Below, in pieces: positions 15,575-25,200 of a stretch of 37,188 nucleotides of DNA; position 1 is the stretch's first letter, and every line of letters begins with the position of its first letter. This stretch comes from a virus: IMG/VR virus record IMGVR_UViG_3300045988_180981, positions 1 to 37,188 of that record; one strand, 5' to 3'. Position numbers and translations under genes: made by a program. Under the pieces are notes generated by a model. It saw only the letters and a program-made list of their open reading frames with translations, was not told the DNA's origin and did no database searches.

Positions 15575-15616
15575 AAAAAAATTTTAAAAAACAAAAAGCG
15601 CCCATGTTGAGCGCTA
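15575..15616 (-). terminator. Rho-independent terminator overlapping the stop codon of gene 15614-16645
   Basis: AGCGC-9 nt-GCGCU hairpin followed by UUUUUGUUUUUUAAAAUUUUUUU on the minus strand. Confidence 0.5.
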
Positions 15617-16645
15617 TTTCATTTCAATCCCAATGGCTTCAGATTCGGGGATTACCACATTCTTTATGGCTTCCTCCCTCGCCTTTTCCTCGGCTTCGTA
15701 TTGAGCCTTTGCCAACTCTTCGTAGGTTTTTGGAGTGAACTCTTTCTTGTCGATACACGATTGGAATCCACGAAGAATCTCGGTCTTGTTTTCGAGCACT
15801 TGAGCGCGGATTTTAACGTCAATCACGCTCGTTGCCCAACCAGAGCAAAATGAGGTCACGAACGCGGTCAAACGGGCTATGAGGTTCAACCACGCTTGCG
15901 CATTGTTTCCGCTCATGAACTCTCGGACGGTCATGGTAGACCACAAGAACGAGATGAAGAGGGAAGCGACAATCTTCAAGGCTCGGTTCACTCCCTTGTT
16001 GATTTTGATTTCTTTCGCAAAGGCTTTCGGTTGCTCGAGAATATCGCGGTTGCTCGCCTTGCCGTGCGCGGATAGGTAATACACGTAGGAAGGGGCTTCG
16101 AGTTTCAAAGACCCGTCAAACACGTATTTCAATACCTTGGCTTGGCGCTCGGTCACCTTCTTGATGATTGTGCCATCGTCTTTGCGGATGGATTGGACTT
16201 CTAGCATGGGGAGTTCCCCTTCTTCGAGATGGTCAACTATTGCGTGCGCCCATTCCTCATCGAACCCCTCGTCCACCAAGAAGTTGATTTTCTTAATGTA
16301 TGCTCGCTTCTCCTTGTACCATTGGTAGAATTGGGGGAAATAGATTTCGATCGGCTCAATCGAGCGCCTAACCGCCATGTATTCTCCCAAGTTGGTTTGA
16401 TAGATTCCGCCCACTTTTTCGAGTTGCCTATCCTCGCCAACGCTTTCGCCCATAACCAAGCCAAAGACCATGATTCCGACAAGGATCAATGAGTTACAAA
16501 TGTATTCCTTGAGATTGAGCTTTCCGGTGTCGAAGGTGATGTTCGCCACCGTCATGAACACGATGAGAGCAATGCCCATCACGATGGTGAAGCCCTTCAT
16601 GGCTTTCTTGAGGTTGAAGTTCTTTTTGAGATTGTCTTTGTTCAT
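15614..16645 (-). CDS. Polytopic membrane protein (343 aa); second gene of the early operon; candidate superinfection-exclusion or abortive-infection-like protein
   Basis: Two N-terminal and about two C-terminal hydrophobic helices; no motif recognised. Confidence 0.5.
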   Translation of the reverse strand: MNKDNLKKNFNLKKAMKGFTIVMGIALIVFMTVANITFDTGKLNLKEYICNSLILVGIMVFGLVMGESVGEDRQLEKVGGIYQTNLGEYMAVRRSIEPIEIYFPQFYQWYKEKRAYIKKINFLVDEGFDEEWAHAIVDHLEEGELPMLEVQSIRKDDGTIIKKVTERQAKVLKYVFDGSLKLEAPSYVYYLSAHGKASNRDILEQPKAFAKEIKINKGVNRALKIVASLFISFLWSTMTVREFMSGNNAQAWLNLIARLTAFVTSFCSGWATSVIDVKIRAQVLENKTEILRGFQSCIDKKEFTPKTYEELAKAQYEAEEKAREEAIKNVVIPESEAIGIEMK

Positions 16646-16911
16646 ATATCAACGCTCCTATCCACCCACCAAAGGATGAAAGCCCCCATGCCATAGAGAC
16701 CTAACGCAACGTAGGCCAAGATTGCGTAATCGCTCGTGAACCACTTTAAGACGGCTTCCCAACCATCGAGAAGCCCATAGCCCACCACGAAGCAAGCAAG
16801 GCCGAATATTAGGAAGCACCCCGTTGCTAGGTACGCTATCCATTTTTTCTTTTTGCTTTCCATATTGGCTATGATAGCCCCTAGGCTTTCCCGTTGCAAG
16901 TTTTCTCCCAT
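16642..16911 (-). CDS. Small membrane protein (89 aa, 2 TM helices); first early gene
   Basis: ATGA overlap with the downstream gene; hydrophobic. Confidence 0.5.
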   Translation of the reverse strand: MGENLQRESLGAIIANMESKKKKWIAYLATGCFLIFGLACFVVGYGLLDGWEAVLKWFTSDYAILAYVALGLYGMGAFILWWVDRSVDI

Positions 16912-17220
16912 TTGGTTTCCCCTAGGACAAAAGCACTCTCCCTTAATGGTTTTCTAGGGGAAAGAAAAAAGAGAACGAAAAGAAGGTTCTCTTAAGAATC
17001 TTTTAAGAATAAGTTAGAGTGTTTAATTGAACAATACTTACTCATATATGCAATTGCTTACTATGAACGCAATTAAAAAAGAAATCCGTTACTTTCTTTA
17101 ATCGTGCGCGAAAAAAGCCGTATCCTTTCCAATTCATGAGCAGGAGCGGAGTTGCCCCTTACGGGGCAAAGAACGAACGCGCACGGAAAAAAGAATTTTC
17201 TAACGGACTTTCATGTGGTA

Positions 17221-17302
17221 GTTTTCCACTTTTCCACAAAAGTTTTCCACTTTTCCACATTGAATCAAAAAGTTTTCCACAATAACCAAAAGTTTTCCAC
17301 AT
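17221..17302 (+). promoter_or_regulatory. Cluster of six direct DnaA-box-like 9-mers: TTTTCCACA x4 (match TTATCCACA/TT[AT]TNCACA) and TTTTCCACT x2; candidate origin of replication
   Basis: Copies at 17222-17230, 17230-17238, 17243-17251, 17251-17259, 17273-17281 and 17293-17301. A degenerate GGTTTTCCAT lies at 17337. An adjacent AT-rich stretch (16980-17100) is a possible DNA-unwinding element. Confidence 0.6.
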
Positions 17303-17508
17303 TTGCAAAAATAGTCTCTAGGGGGTCATAGAGAAGGTTTTCCATCACTTGTATTTTCTGGGAAGCCTTTTCGATTTACGGAGGTTGTTTTTAGGGGCGG
17401 TAGCGTTCTTCCGAATGGAATAGTCCTCCATTGATTGAGCGCAAATGCCCAAGAAAGCGTTTTAACGGCCCGTTGAAGCGTTTCGTGACTTCGATGGACA
17501 AATTCCCC

Positions 17509-17542
17509 GTACAAAAGAAAAAGAGGGCTTAAATCGCCCTCT
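17509..17542 (-). terminator. Rho-independent terminator ending the late operon
   Basis: AGAGGGC-7 nt-GCCCUCU (7-bp stem) followed by UUUUUCUUUUU on the minus strand, right after the stop at 17551. Confidence 0.7.
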
Positions 17543-17550
17543 AGAAGGTT

Positions 17551-18108
17551 TTAGTCCACGGGGTGGTATGTTTGCTCTTGGAACTCCTCTTGGACTTTCT
17601 TTTGAATATCGTCTTTGACTTTGTCCTTGATGGTGTCTTTGGTCACCTCTTTGATGGCTTCGTCATAGAGGTCGGCTTTTTCCTTCATGTTTTGGGAAGC
17701 TACGTTGAGGCCTAGCGCCCCGAAGATTCCTAGCGCACCGCAAATCATAATCATGGCAATATCGCCCAAGATGGACGATAGCATGAAGAACACGAACCCA
17801 ACGGCAAGCCACCCAAGGCCGAGAGTTAGCAAACCCGAAGTCTTGGGATTATCATCGTCCTTCTTCTTGCCGATAAGCCAAATCGTCATGCCCATGAGCG
17901 CCATGGCGATAGTTCCGCCCGTGCCAACTTTCCATCCTTCGGGGTTGTAGACGAAGTATTCATCGAAGTTCACCGCCCCGATTACGATGTAGGGGGCGAA
18001 GATTGAGATGAACTCGCTTCCGAAGAGGGTGTACTGCAAAGCGCGGTACTTCCTCTTTTCTTGGCTAGCCGTTAATGGCTTCTTCTGCTTTTTCTGCTTC
18101 TTTTCCAT
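17551..18108 (-). CDS. Polytopic membrane protein (about 4 TM helices, ~185 aa) with a basic N-terminus; holin-like candidate
   Basis: GAGGAGG 9 nt upstream of the ATG at 18108; last late gene. Confidence 0.45.
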   Translation of the reverse strand: MEKKQKKQKKPLTASQEKRKYRALQYTLFGSEFISIFAPYIVIGAVNFDEYFVYNPEGWKVGTGGTIAMALMGMTIWLIGKKKDDDNPKTSGLLTLGLGWLAVGFVFFMLSSILGDIAMIMICGALGIFGALGLNVASQNMKEKADLYDEAIKEVTKDTIKDKVKDDIQKKVQEEFQEQTYHPVD

Positions 18109-18616
18109 TATCGGTCGCCTCCTCTTCAACGGGTTCTTCCTTGCGCTTATCGGCTTCGTTCAAAGCGTTCTTCACGTTCTTATTTCGAGAGTTCGCGCAA
18201 ACGATTTCAAGCGCGCTTCGGAGGTTTTGAATATCTTCTTGGCTATCCGCGAGTTGCTTCTTCAAGGCTTCGTTCTCGGCTCGGTACTCGTCAAGGGCTT
18301 TCCCCGTGTCGGCCTTGGTTTGCTCAAAGGCATCGTTCATCTTCTTCAAGGCTTTCTTTCCCACGGAAGTGGTGGTTAGGAAGCGCCAAAGGAAGATGAT
18401 TACCGCGATGAGCGAGAACCCGACAATCGGAAGGGGTTGGTTCATCCACTCCCAAGCCTTTTGAATCCAATCGGCTACTGGTTGGACGGACGGGGGAATG
18501 GCAATCCCCTCGGAGGAGGAAACGGCTTCCCCAACGGAACTCATATCGGAGGTGATTTCGCTCGTGATTTCCGAAGTGAGTTCGCTTGAAATGGTAGAGA
18601 TTGCTTCTAATAGCAT
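18065..18616 (-). CDS. Membrane protein with one TM helix and a C-terminal coiled coil (holin, spanin-like or tail-associated)
   Basis: GGAGG 7 nt upstream of the ATG at 18616; SEITSEITSD repeat near the N-terminus. Confidence 0.4.
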   Translation of the reverse strand: MLLEAISTISSELTSEITSEITSDMSSVGEAVSSSEGIAIPPSVQPVADWIQKAWEWMNQPLPIVGFSLIAVIIFLWRFLTTTSVGKKALKKMNDAFEQTKADTGKALDEYRAENEALKKQLADSQEDIQNLRSALEIVCANSRNKNVKNALNEADKRKEEPVEEEATDNGKEAEKAEEAING

Positions 18617-18618
18617 AA

Positions 18619-18993
18619 TCAATCCTCCTTAAGCGCGTTGTAGGGCACTAGGAACTCTTCGGGCATGGAGGTTGGGTCAATGCCCCACCCCGTGCCGAAA
18701 GCCGTCTCAAATGCCTCGTATTGCTCTTCCGTCATGGTCACCGTTCCGTTCGCCAAAGCGTTCTCGAGCCACAAACGTGAAATCCAAGCGGATTGGGCAT
18801 TGTGGCGTAGTTTGGCTTCGTTCTCCTTTTGGAGTGCTTTTTGCTCGGCTTGCCTCAAACGCTCATCGCGCTTTTTTGCATTGCCTGCGCATAGGGCTTT
18901 GAACGGCTCTACGCTATCGTCTCGGAACTCGCGCACGTCCGTCAATTTGACGGGGTTTCCGAGTTCATCGTATTCGACTATCGCTCTTTTCAT
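18619..18993 (-). CDS. Hypothetical protein (124 aa)
   Basis: ATG with a GAGGT SD. Confidence 0.5.
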   Translation of the reverse strand: MKRAIVEYDELGNPVKLTDVREFRDDSVEPFKALCAGNAKKRDERLRQAEQKALQKENEAKLRHNAQSAWISRLWLENALANGTVTMTEEQYEAFETAFGTGWGIDPTSMPEEFLVPYNALKED

Positions 18994-19004
18994 TTTCTAT
19001 TACC

Positions 19005-19457
19005 TCATTTCGGCAAGCACACGGAATCGGCAATGGTCAATCCAACGAATTGGTCTAGGTTGATGGAGACCAACGCCAACGGGTCGTCCCCCGTTCCCAC
19101 GTAGTAGGCGATGTTGTCGGTGTTGATTCCTCCACCGTGCAAATCAAGGTACTTCGTGTCTCGCACCGTGCCATCGACAATCACCTTCCCGTGTAGTTCG
19201 AGGGTCTCGCCCCCGAACAATTTCGTCAGTTTTTCGTAGGTTGTCACTGGCTCGTTCGAGGAGTTGTACCCCGTGAAGAGCGCGGAGAGTTTTTTGACAC
19301 CTGCTTCTTCAAACGATAGGTTCACCACGTGCTTGTAGCGTGCCGTGGAATCGGGGGTCAGATACAATTCGTTCTCGTTCTTCGTGGCGATTGCGTCATA
19401 TTGGGCTTGGGTCAAGTAGTTTATAACCAAGTTATTCAATTTCGTGTCGGTCGGCAT
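19005..19457 (-). CDS. Hypothetical virion or assembly protein (150 aa)
   Basis: GGAGGAG SD. Confidence 0.5.
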   Translation of the reverse strand: MPTDTKLNNLVINYLTQAQYDAIATKNENELYLTPDSTARYKHVVNLSFEEAGVKKLSALFTGYNSSNEPVTTYEKLTKLFGGETLELHGKVIVDGTVRDTKYLDLHGGGINTDNIAYYVGTGDDPLALVSINLDQFVGLTIADSVCLPK

Positions 19458-19653
19458 TTTCCTTCTCCTCCTGCTCTTTCAAAAGAGCGTTGTATTCTTC
19501 CATCGTGATTTCCTCGAAGTCGCTCGGCTTCGAGAACTTCCCGATGAAGATTTCGTAGTCGGAGAGCAATTCCCCGTCCTTCGATTTGAGGGCATAGCCC
19601 TCTTTGGGGGCTAACCCCCTAGTCTTTTCGTTGTAAATCATGCCAATGTCCAT
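19432..19653 (-). CDS. Small hypothetical protein (73 aa)
   Basis: ORF in operon context; SD is weak. Confidence 0.35.
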   Translation of the reverse strand: MDIGMIYNEKTRGLAPKEGYALKSKDGELLSDYEIFIGKFSKPSDFEEITMEEYNALLKEQEEKENADRHEIE

Positions 19654-20330
19654 CCTTTGTTCGTGGCTATAGCCTTGTCCTCGTCCGTGAGTTTGTCGAG
19701 GTTCGTAGAACCCATTTTTAGGGTTTTCGTTCCGCTCGTTTGTGCTTTGAGGTTGCCGATGATTTCGAGCAGAGCCTCACGGGTGAATTTGGTGGAATAG
19801 TGAATGTCGAGCTGCGCGTTGATGTTAACCATGTGGATTGCTTCTAGTTTTTTGCAAGAATTGAACATGGAATTCAGGTTCGTAACGTTCGATGCGTCGA
19901 ATCGCGGAACGGTTGTGAGGCTGGAGCAATAGTAGAACATACTATTCATGTTCTCCACTTTCGATGTATCGAACAATGGAACGGTGGTGAGGTTTGAGCA
20001 ACTATTGAACATGTAAGACATGTTCGTCACTTTCGATGTGTCGAACAAAGGTACGGTGGTGAGTTTGAAGCAATAATTGAACATGGAATTCATGTTCTCC
20101 ACTTTCGATGTATCGAACAATGGAACGGTGGTGAGGTTTGAGCAATTAATGAACATGGAACTCATGTCCGTCACATTAGCGGTATCGTCATACTTCCAGC
20201 ACCCTTCAAATGAGGAGGCTAAACTTTGCGCGCACTTACCCCCAGCCTCGAAGAAAGCCTTCATCGATGTGATTTGCTTCTCAACGGTGTTCGTCACCGC
20301 GACTTTTTTGCTTCCTAAGTACAATGCCAT
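19638..20330 (-). CDS. BspA/DUF285-type leucine-rich-repeat protein; five ~23-aa repeats (FDTSKVTNMSYMFNSCSNLTTVPL); receptor-binding accessory candidate
   Basis: Repeat consensus D.S.V.NM..MF..C..LTTVP; AGGAGGTG SD before the ATG at 20330. Confidence 0.7.
   Translation of the reverse strand: MALYLGSKKVAVTNTVEKQITSMKAFFEAGGKCAQSLASSFEGCWKYDDTANVTDMSSMFINCSNLTTVPLFDTSKVENMNSMFNYCFKLTTVPLFDTSKVTNMSYMFNSCSNLTTVPLFDTSKVENMNSMFYYCSSLTTVPRFDASNVTNLNSMFNSCKKLEAIHMVNINAQLDIHYSTKFTREALLEIIGNLKAQTSGTKTLKMGSTNLDKLTDEDKAIATNKGWTLA
19850..20160. repeat. About 4.5 tandem 69-bp nucleotide repeats (75-100% identical) encoding the LRR units
   Basis: The 55-nt stretch CATGTTCTCCACTTTCGATGTATCGAACAATGGAACGGTGGTGAGGTTTGAGCAA is identical at 19955-20009 and 20093-20147. 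Confidence 0.7.
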
Positions 20331-20332
20331 AA

Positions 20333-22225
20333 TCACCACCTCCTAATGGTAACGGAAGAACCGCTCTCGGGAATATCGCTCCACGATGGTGCTCCGTCCA
20401 CTACGGAGAGGAATTTTCCGTTTTGCGTAGAATCGGCTGCAAGCAAAAAACCAGTTGGCAAAGCAATTACCGAACCGCTTTTAGTTGTTCCTTCAATCAT
20501 AACAACATAACTTATAGCGCCTGAAAAAATGAATCCTGCGTACAATTTCGTCTCTGAGGCGAAAACGGTCATTAAAATTTTTCCAAGGTCTGGAATATTC
20601 AAAAAGAAAATCTCATCATTTGGCTCTGACCCAATGCTAAAGTCGGTTTGATTTCCACTAGTGCTTGTAATAGTAGCGTCAATCGTCTTGATTTTGCCTT
20701 CGTATTCCTTGTCCGCGTATGCCTTCGTGATGAGTTCGTAATTCAACACGTGAGCGATTTCGGGGTCTTCGCTCACTTGGGAAGAACGACCGTAAATCGC
20801 CCCATTATCTGCCCTGATGGGAATGGAATTTCCGATATTTTGAAGGCTCGCTTGGATGAACTTGTCAGCGTAAGACGATTCCGCGCCCCCTGCTTCGCAA
20901 GCGTAAACAAGGGTTTCGGGAGTAACCGAAAGCCCAGATTTCCTATTTAATTTCTCCGATTGAAGAGCGGTGATGTTGTCCGCGTTCCTCTTGCCCTTAT
21001 CGCCTGCGTAAGCGGTCTCGGAGGTTTCGCCCAACGCTAGGGAAGAGCCGATTTCAACGTAGACCGTTCCGCCCCAACGATAGGTTTTGTTCGTGTCCAA
21101 TGCGATGTAAATCTTGTTCACTTCGCCCGTGGTTGGGAAATCGTTGAAGGTTGGAAATTCCAAAACGTCCGACACGTAGGACGGAAGTTGGGAAGTGGGG
21201 ATTTTGCCGTCAAAGTCCAAGGAAGCGACACCCCTGCCTCCTCTTTGCCCAAGCAATCGCGAAGTGAGGAAAATTTCCCCTGATACTGGCATATAACTAT
21301 CGGCCACCCAACGTATTAGGTTGTTGTTGAGCGAAAGCCCGTCCAAAGTGAATACCGCGGAAGTAGCCATAGCCGAGGGACTTCTTCCATTGAACGTGAT
21401 TTTCGGAGAATTGATGAAGGAACGCAACGTTAAATTTGCAGGGCCAACATAGTTCCCCTCAAACTTGAATATCGGCTCGAATTGCTCAACTCCTGCGACT
21501 TCTTGCATTTGCTTAAGCGTTTCGGAATATAGCGTGAAATCAACGGGCGCTCCCTCACCTTTGGCATACCATGCGAAAGAGCCTTCGCCTTCCGCGTTTT
21601 TCTTTCTAAGGAACTTGTCCACCGCCAATCCATCGAGCGAAACCCCTTCGAGTTTGTCTCCGATTTTTTGGAAAACGGAACTCGTCTCGCTGTCCGCGGT
21701 TTCCTTCGCAAGAATCATTTGCCCCTCGGATAGGTTTGGCAAGTCCTCGGTCGCTTCCGCGAGCGTATCGTAGGAGCGCATATTCGAGCGAGCGTATTGG
21801 AGTTGGTAGTCCGCCATCATCGCCCGAAGAGCCTCGTATTGGTCTTGGGTGATGGGGTCTCCTCCCCTCCCCGTTGTCTCGTTTACGTATAGCGTTACGG
21901 GGTAGGTGAATAGCGTGGTCTTGTCCGAGTTGAAAACTTGGATGGAAAGAGCCACGTCTCCTTGGTATTCCGTAACCACCGCGGTTATGGTGATTCGGTA
22001 GCCCTCATAGACCCCCGTTGATGTCTTTATTTTGTTGGTGAAAGCTCCCGTTAGGGAAACAACTTCGTTGTTGGGCAATTTGAAGTTCCCGTCCGCGGTG
22101 TATTCGTCCACGCTTTTGCCAACAATGGAAACGTCAATGAAATTGACACCATCCGAATGTTGGTTTATGTAGTCCGTCAACTGGCTTTCGGAAACCGATC
22201 CGTCTTTATTGAAGATAATGTACAT
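20333..22225 (-). CDS. Tail fibre / receptor-binding protein candidate (630 aa)
   Basis: Beta-rich, Gly/Ser/Thr-rich; sits in the tail module directly upstream of the LRR protein. Confidence 0.4.
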   Translation of the reverse strand: MYIIFNKDGSVSESQLTDYINQHSDGVNFIDVSIVGKSVDEYTADGNFKLPNNEVVSLTGAFTNKIKTSTGVYEGYRITITAVVTEYQGDVALSIQVFNSDKTTLFTYPVTLYVNETTGRGGDPITQDQYEALRAMMADYQLQYARSNMRSYDTLAEATEDLPNLSEGQMILAKETADSETSSVFQKIGDKLEGVSLDGLAVDKFLRKKNAEGEGSFAWYAKGEGAPVDFTLYSETLKQMQEVAGVEQFEPIFKFEGNYVGPANLTLRSFINSPKITFNGRSPSAMATSAVFTLDGLSLNNNLIRWVADSYMPVSGEIFLTSRLLGQRGGRGVASLDFDGKIPTSQLPSYVSDVLEFPTFNDFPTTGEVNKIYIALDTNKTYRWGGTVYVEIGSSLALGETSETAYAGDKGKRNADNITALQSEKLNRKSGLSVTPETLVYACEAGGAESSYADKFIQASLQNIGNSIPIRADNGAIYGRSSQVSEDPEIAHVLNYELITKAYADKEYEGKIKTIDATITSTSGNQTDFSIGSEPNDEIFFLNIPDLGKILMTVFASETKLYAGFIFSGAISYVVMIEGTTKSGSVIALPTGFLLAADSTQNGKFLSVVDGAPSWSDIPESGSSVTIRRW

Positions 22226-22242
22226 ATTACTACCTCACTTCC

Positions 22243-25200
22243 CTATTGTATGCGTTCGGAATCGATTTTGAAATGCAAACATGGCACAACGGCTTCATGA
22301 GACAACAAATTATCCCAATTGCACGCAACCAAGATATTTTGGTTCTCGTCCGCGATGGCGAATGAGGTGAACACCGGTGGAACTCCTTGCATTGCCAAAG
22401 CCGACAACTTGAACTCGATAACAACGTCTTTGGACTTTCCATCATCCGCCAAATCGCTTTCCCGATAGGAAATGTCCAGCGGAGAGGGAATCCTATGCCC
22501 CTTTGCTTTCGTATCCATCGGGGTGTACTTATGGGAATCTTCTCCGCCAAACCACACAAAGCACTTGTGGTTTGGCTTTTGCTCCTTGAACATATCCATG
22601 AAGGTTTTTCCAAAGAAAACCTCTTTATCGCCATGGAAACGGCTCAAAAGGGCAATCTCATAATTGAGCGCGAATATCTCGTTCGGCATTTTGCGGAATT
22701 TGAGGTCTTTCAGCGTTCCGACTTTGGTGGTGTTGCGGTCATAGACAATCGGGAACTCATGCGAGAACGTAGCATTGTCACCCATCACGTAGTCTATAGA
22801 AACCGTTTCGGCATAACCTTCCGAATCTGCGCATTTAACATCTTTTCCGAAGTATTGCTTCGTGCCCGTGGCGGTTTGAAGCCCCTTCCACCACTTGTCA
22901 TTCTCGCTATCCGACTTCACTTCCATTTTGATTCCAGCGGAGATTGGACTATCAAAGGCGGTCTCGAAGCAAATGCAATTCCCAGCGCCATAAACGGATA
23001 GTGGAATGTAAATGTCGCGAACTCCGCTCGTTGAAGGCTCTAGGTAATATCTAGCGAAATCCACGTTCTTGGATTCGCCAGAATAAGCGCTTCCGAATCC
23101 CTTCATCATGATTCCGCCAAAGGCAATCCCCGTGAATGGGGTTTTCTTTTCATCGTTGAAGCCACTATCGGCTTTGGTTGAAATGGATGGGTAGAATGTC
23201 GCGTAGTTCATGACGATAGCTTCGCATTTCTCCACGATGGATTCCGAGATGTTCGAGAAGCGCTTGTTTTGGTCTAAGGCGATTCTTTGGGAAAGACCGT
23301 TGAAGTCTCTCGTGAACTCGATCGTTCCCTTGATGATTCCATCCCCGATGGTTTGGTAGTCGCATTTGTTCGCCACCCACGTGTGCCCGAATCTCTCGGT
23401 GGTTTGCCCTTTGAGGATTCGTTTTTCCCACGTGCTCATCACTTGGTTGCAAGTCATGGTTGGAACTCCCGTGCGCATGGAAATTCCGAGCATATTCACG
23501 CCCAACTTCCCCAAATCGATGGAAGCGCCACTAGCGGAAACATTCATTTCCCCATCGGCTTTCGCAACGGGGCTTTCAACGCGGACGCGCCCGTCCAAAT
23601 CGGAAGCGTATTCGCAACGATAGAAGATTTCAGAGTAGTCTCCTTGGCTTGGGTATTCGAACGTCAAGAACGGGTCTACAACTTGATCATCGGTCGGGCA
23701 ATTCTGCGCGTGCTCGCCAAACTTTCTATAGGAAGCGTCTTGCCAACACCGCCAAAAAGTCAAATAAACGCGATTCCATTGGTTGGTTTGCTTGTTGCCC
23801 AAGTCAATGTACTTAGAACCCTTGATGAAATGCAAGCAATTCATTTGCAAGCGGATATTGTGGTTAGGCGAAGGATATTGCCCTTGGTCGCTCAAAGCGC
23901 TTGAATAAACGCTTTCCTCGAAGGTGAATGGGGAAACGTCAATGGGCATTTGCACGAAGCAATCGCCTCGGTAGCACTCTTCATCCCAAGATGGGTTCTC
24001 TTTGGGCCAAACTCCCAAAAAGCCCACTTTGGTTTTCACTTCCAAGCGCTTTATGTACTTGATGGGTTTGTCCATCGTCATGGCGAAGTCCTGCAATTCT
24101 GGAACTCCATAGGTTTTTAGGCGAACCCCAACGTAATTGTCATTCCCATTGCTGAATGTTGGGAAAGTCCTAACGAGTTCCGCACGTTGATAGTTCGACA
24201 CCAAGCCGTTCACGTATTTGCTTTCGGAGAAGCCAGAAGTGTAGCCAGCAACGATGGGAGAGGTAATCTTCTCTCCCCTCTCGTTCAAGTAGTCGATTTT
24301 CAAAGTGTTCGTTGTTGATCCGTCCGCGTTTTGCGTGGTGACGAACTCTGGAAGCGCGTCAATTGTTGATAGCACTTGCGAGACCGCCTCGAACACTGTT
24401 TGGTTCGTGAAGGTGAACTCGGGGCTTTCCACGCTCGTTAGCGTATCGTAATCCGCTCCGCTGGTCGGCAATTTGAAAAGGGGTTTCTTGTTCCCTTGCG
24501 AATATTCGCATTGTTGCCTGTCTATGATTCTTTGGAGCGTATCGTATAGGAAAGTTCTCTTATAGGTGAAAACCAACTCCATGCTCAACATGGTCTTTTG
24601 GTATCCGTTCTTCTTGTATTCGTCCACATCGGTGAACAATCGATCATAGAGCTTAGCGTAGAAGGTCGCGGGGGCACTTGCGGTTGCGCCAAAAGCGCTC
24701 GGAACTTGCCCGACAACCTTGGTTTTCAGGTCAATGCAAATATAGCCATCTTCATAGGAATTGATTGTGTCAATCGTTGCTTGGTTCAAGGCGATTTCCA
24801 TGTATTCGCCCTTCCAAGAGGTTGTGGTTAAATCATAGGTGGCTATTTCTACTCGATCTTGGATTTTCCCATCATCATCGATTTGCGAAACGTTCGTGGG
24901 AGTGTGGTAGATTTCAATGTATGGTTGAAGCCATGAGGGAGACTTGAACGTTCTTTTCATGTTGACGATTTCGCCCGTCAAATTGGAATCAACGCCCCTT
25001 CCCGTGATATGCAAGGCGGAAAAGCGAAGCCTTAAGACCGCTTTCTCCACTTTCTCGTTCTTCGAGCAAGCGTAAGGCTCTTCCCAATATCGAGAACCGG
25101 TGCTTCTTGCGCGTGGGGTGATTGGCGAACCCTCGTTGTACGCGTAATCGTTCGACAAGAAGCCGTTCCACGTGTCAACGCTAGTTGTTGGCTTGGTCGC

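Noticed and set aside
17100-17200. TTGCCCC-TTAC-GGGGCAA hairpin (17151-17168) as a terminator
   Set aside because: The 7-bp stem is perfect, but it is not followed by a U-tract on either strand. The late operon's terminator is clearly the one at 17509-17542.
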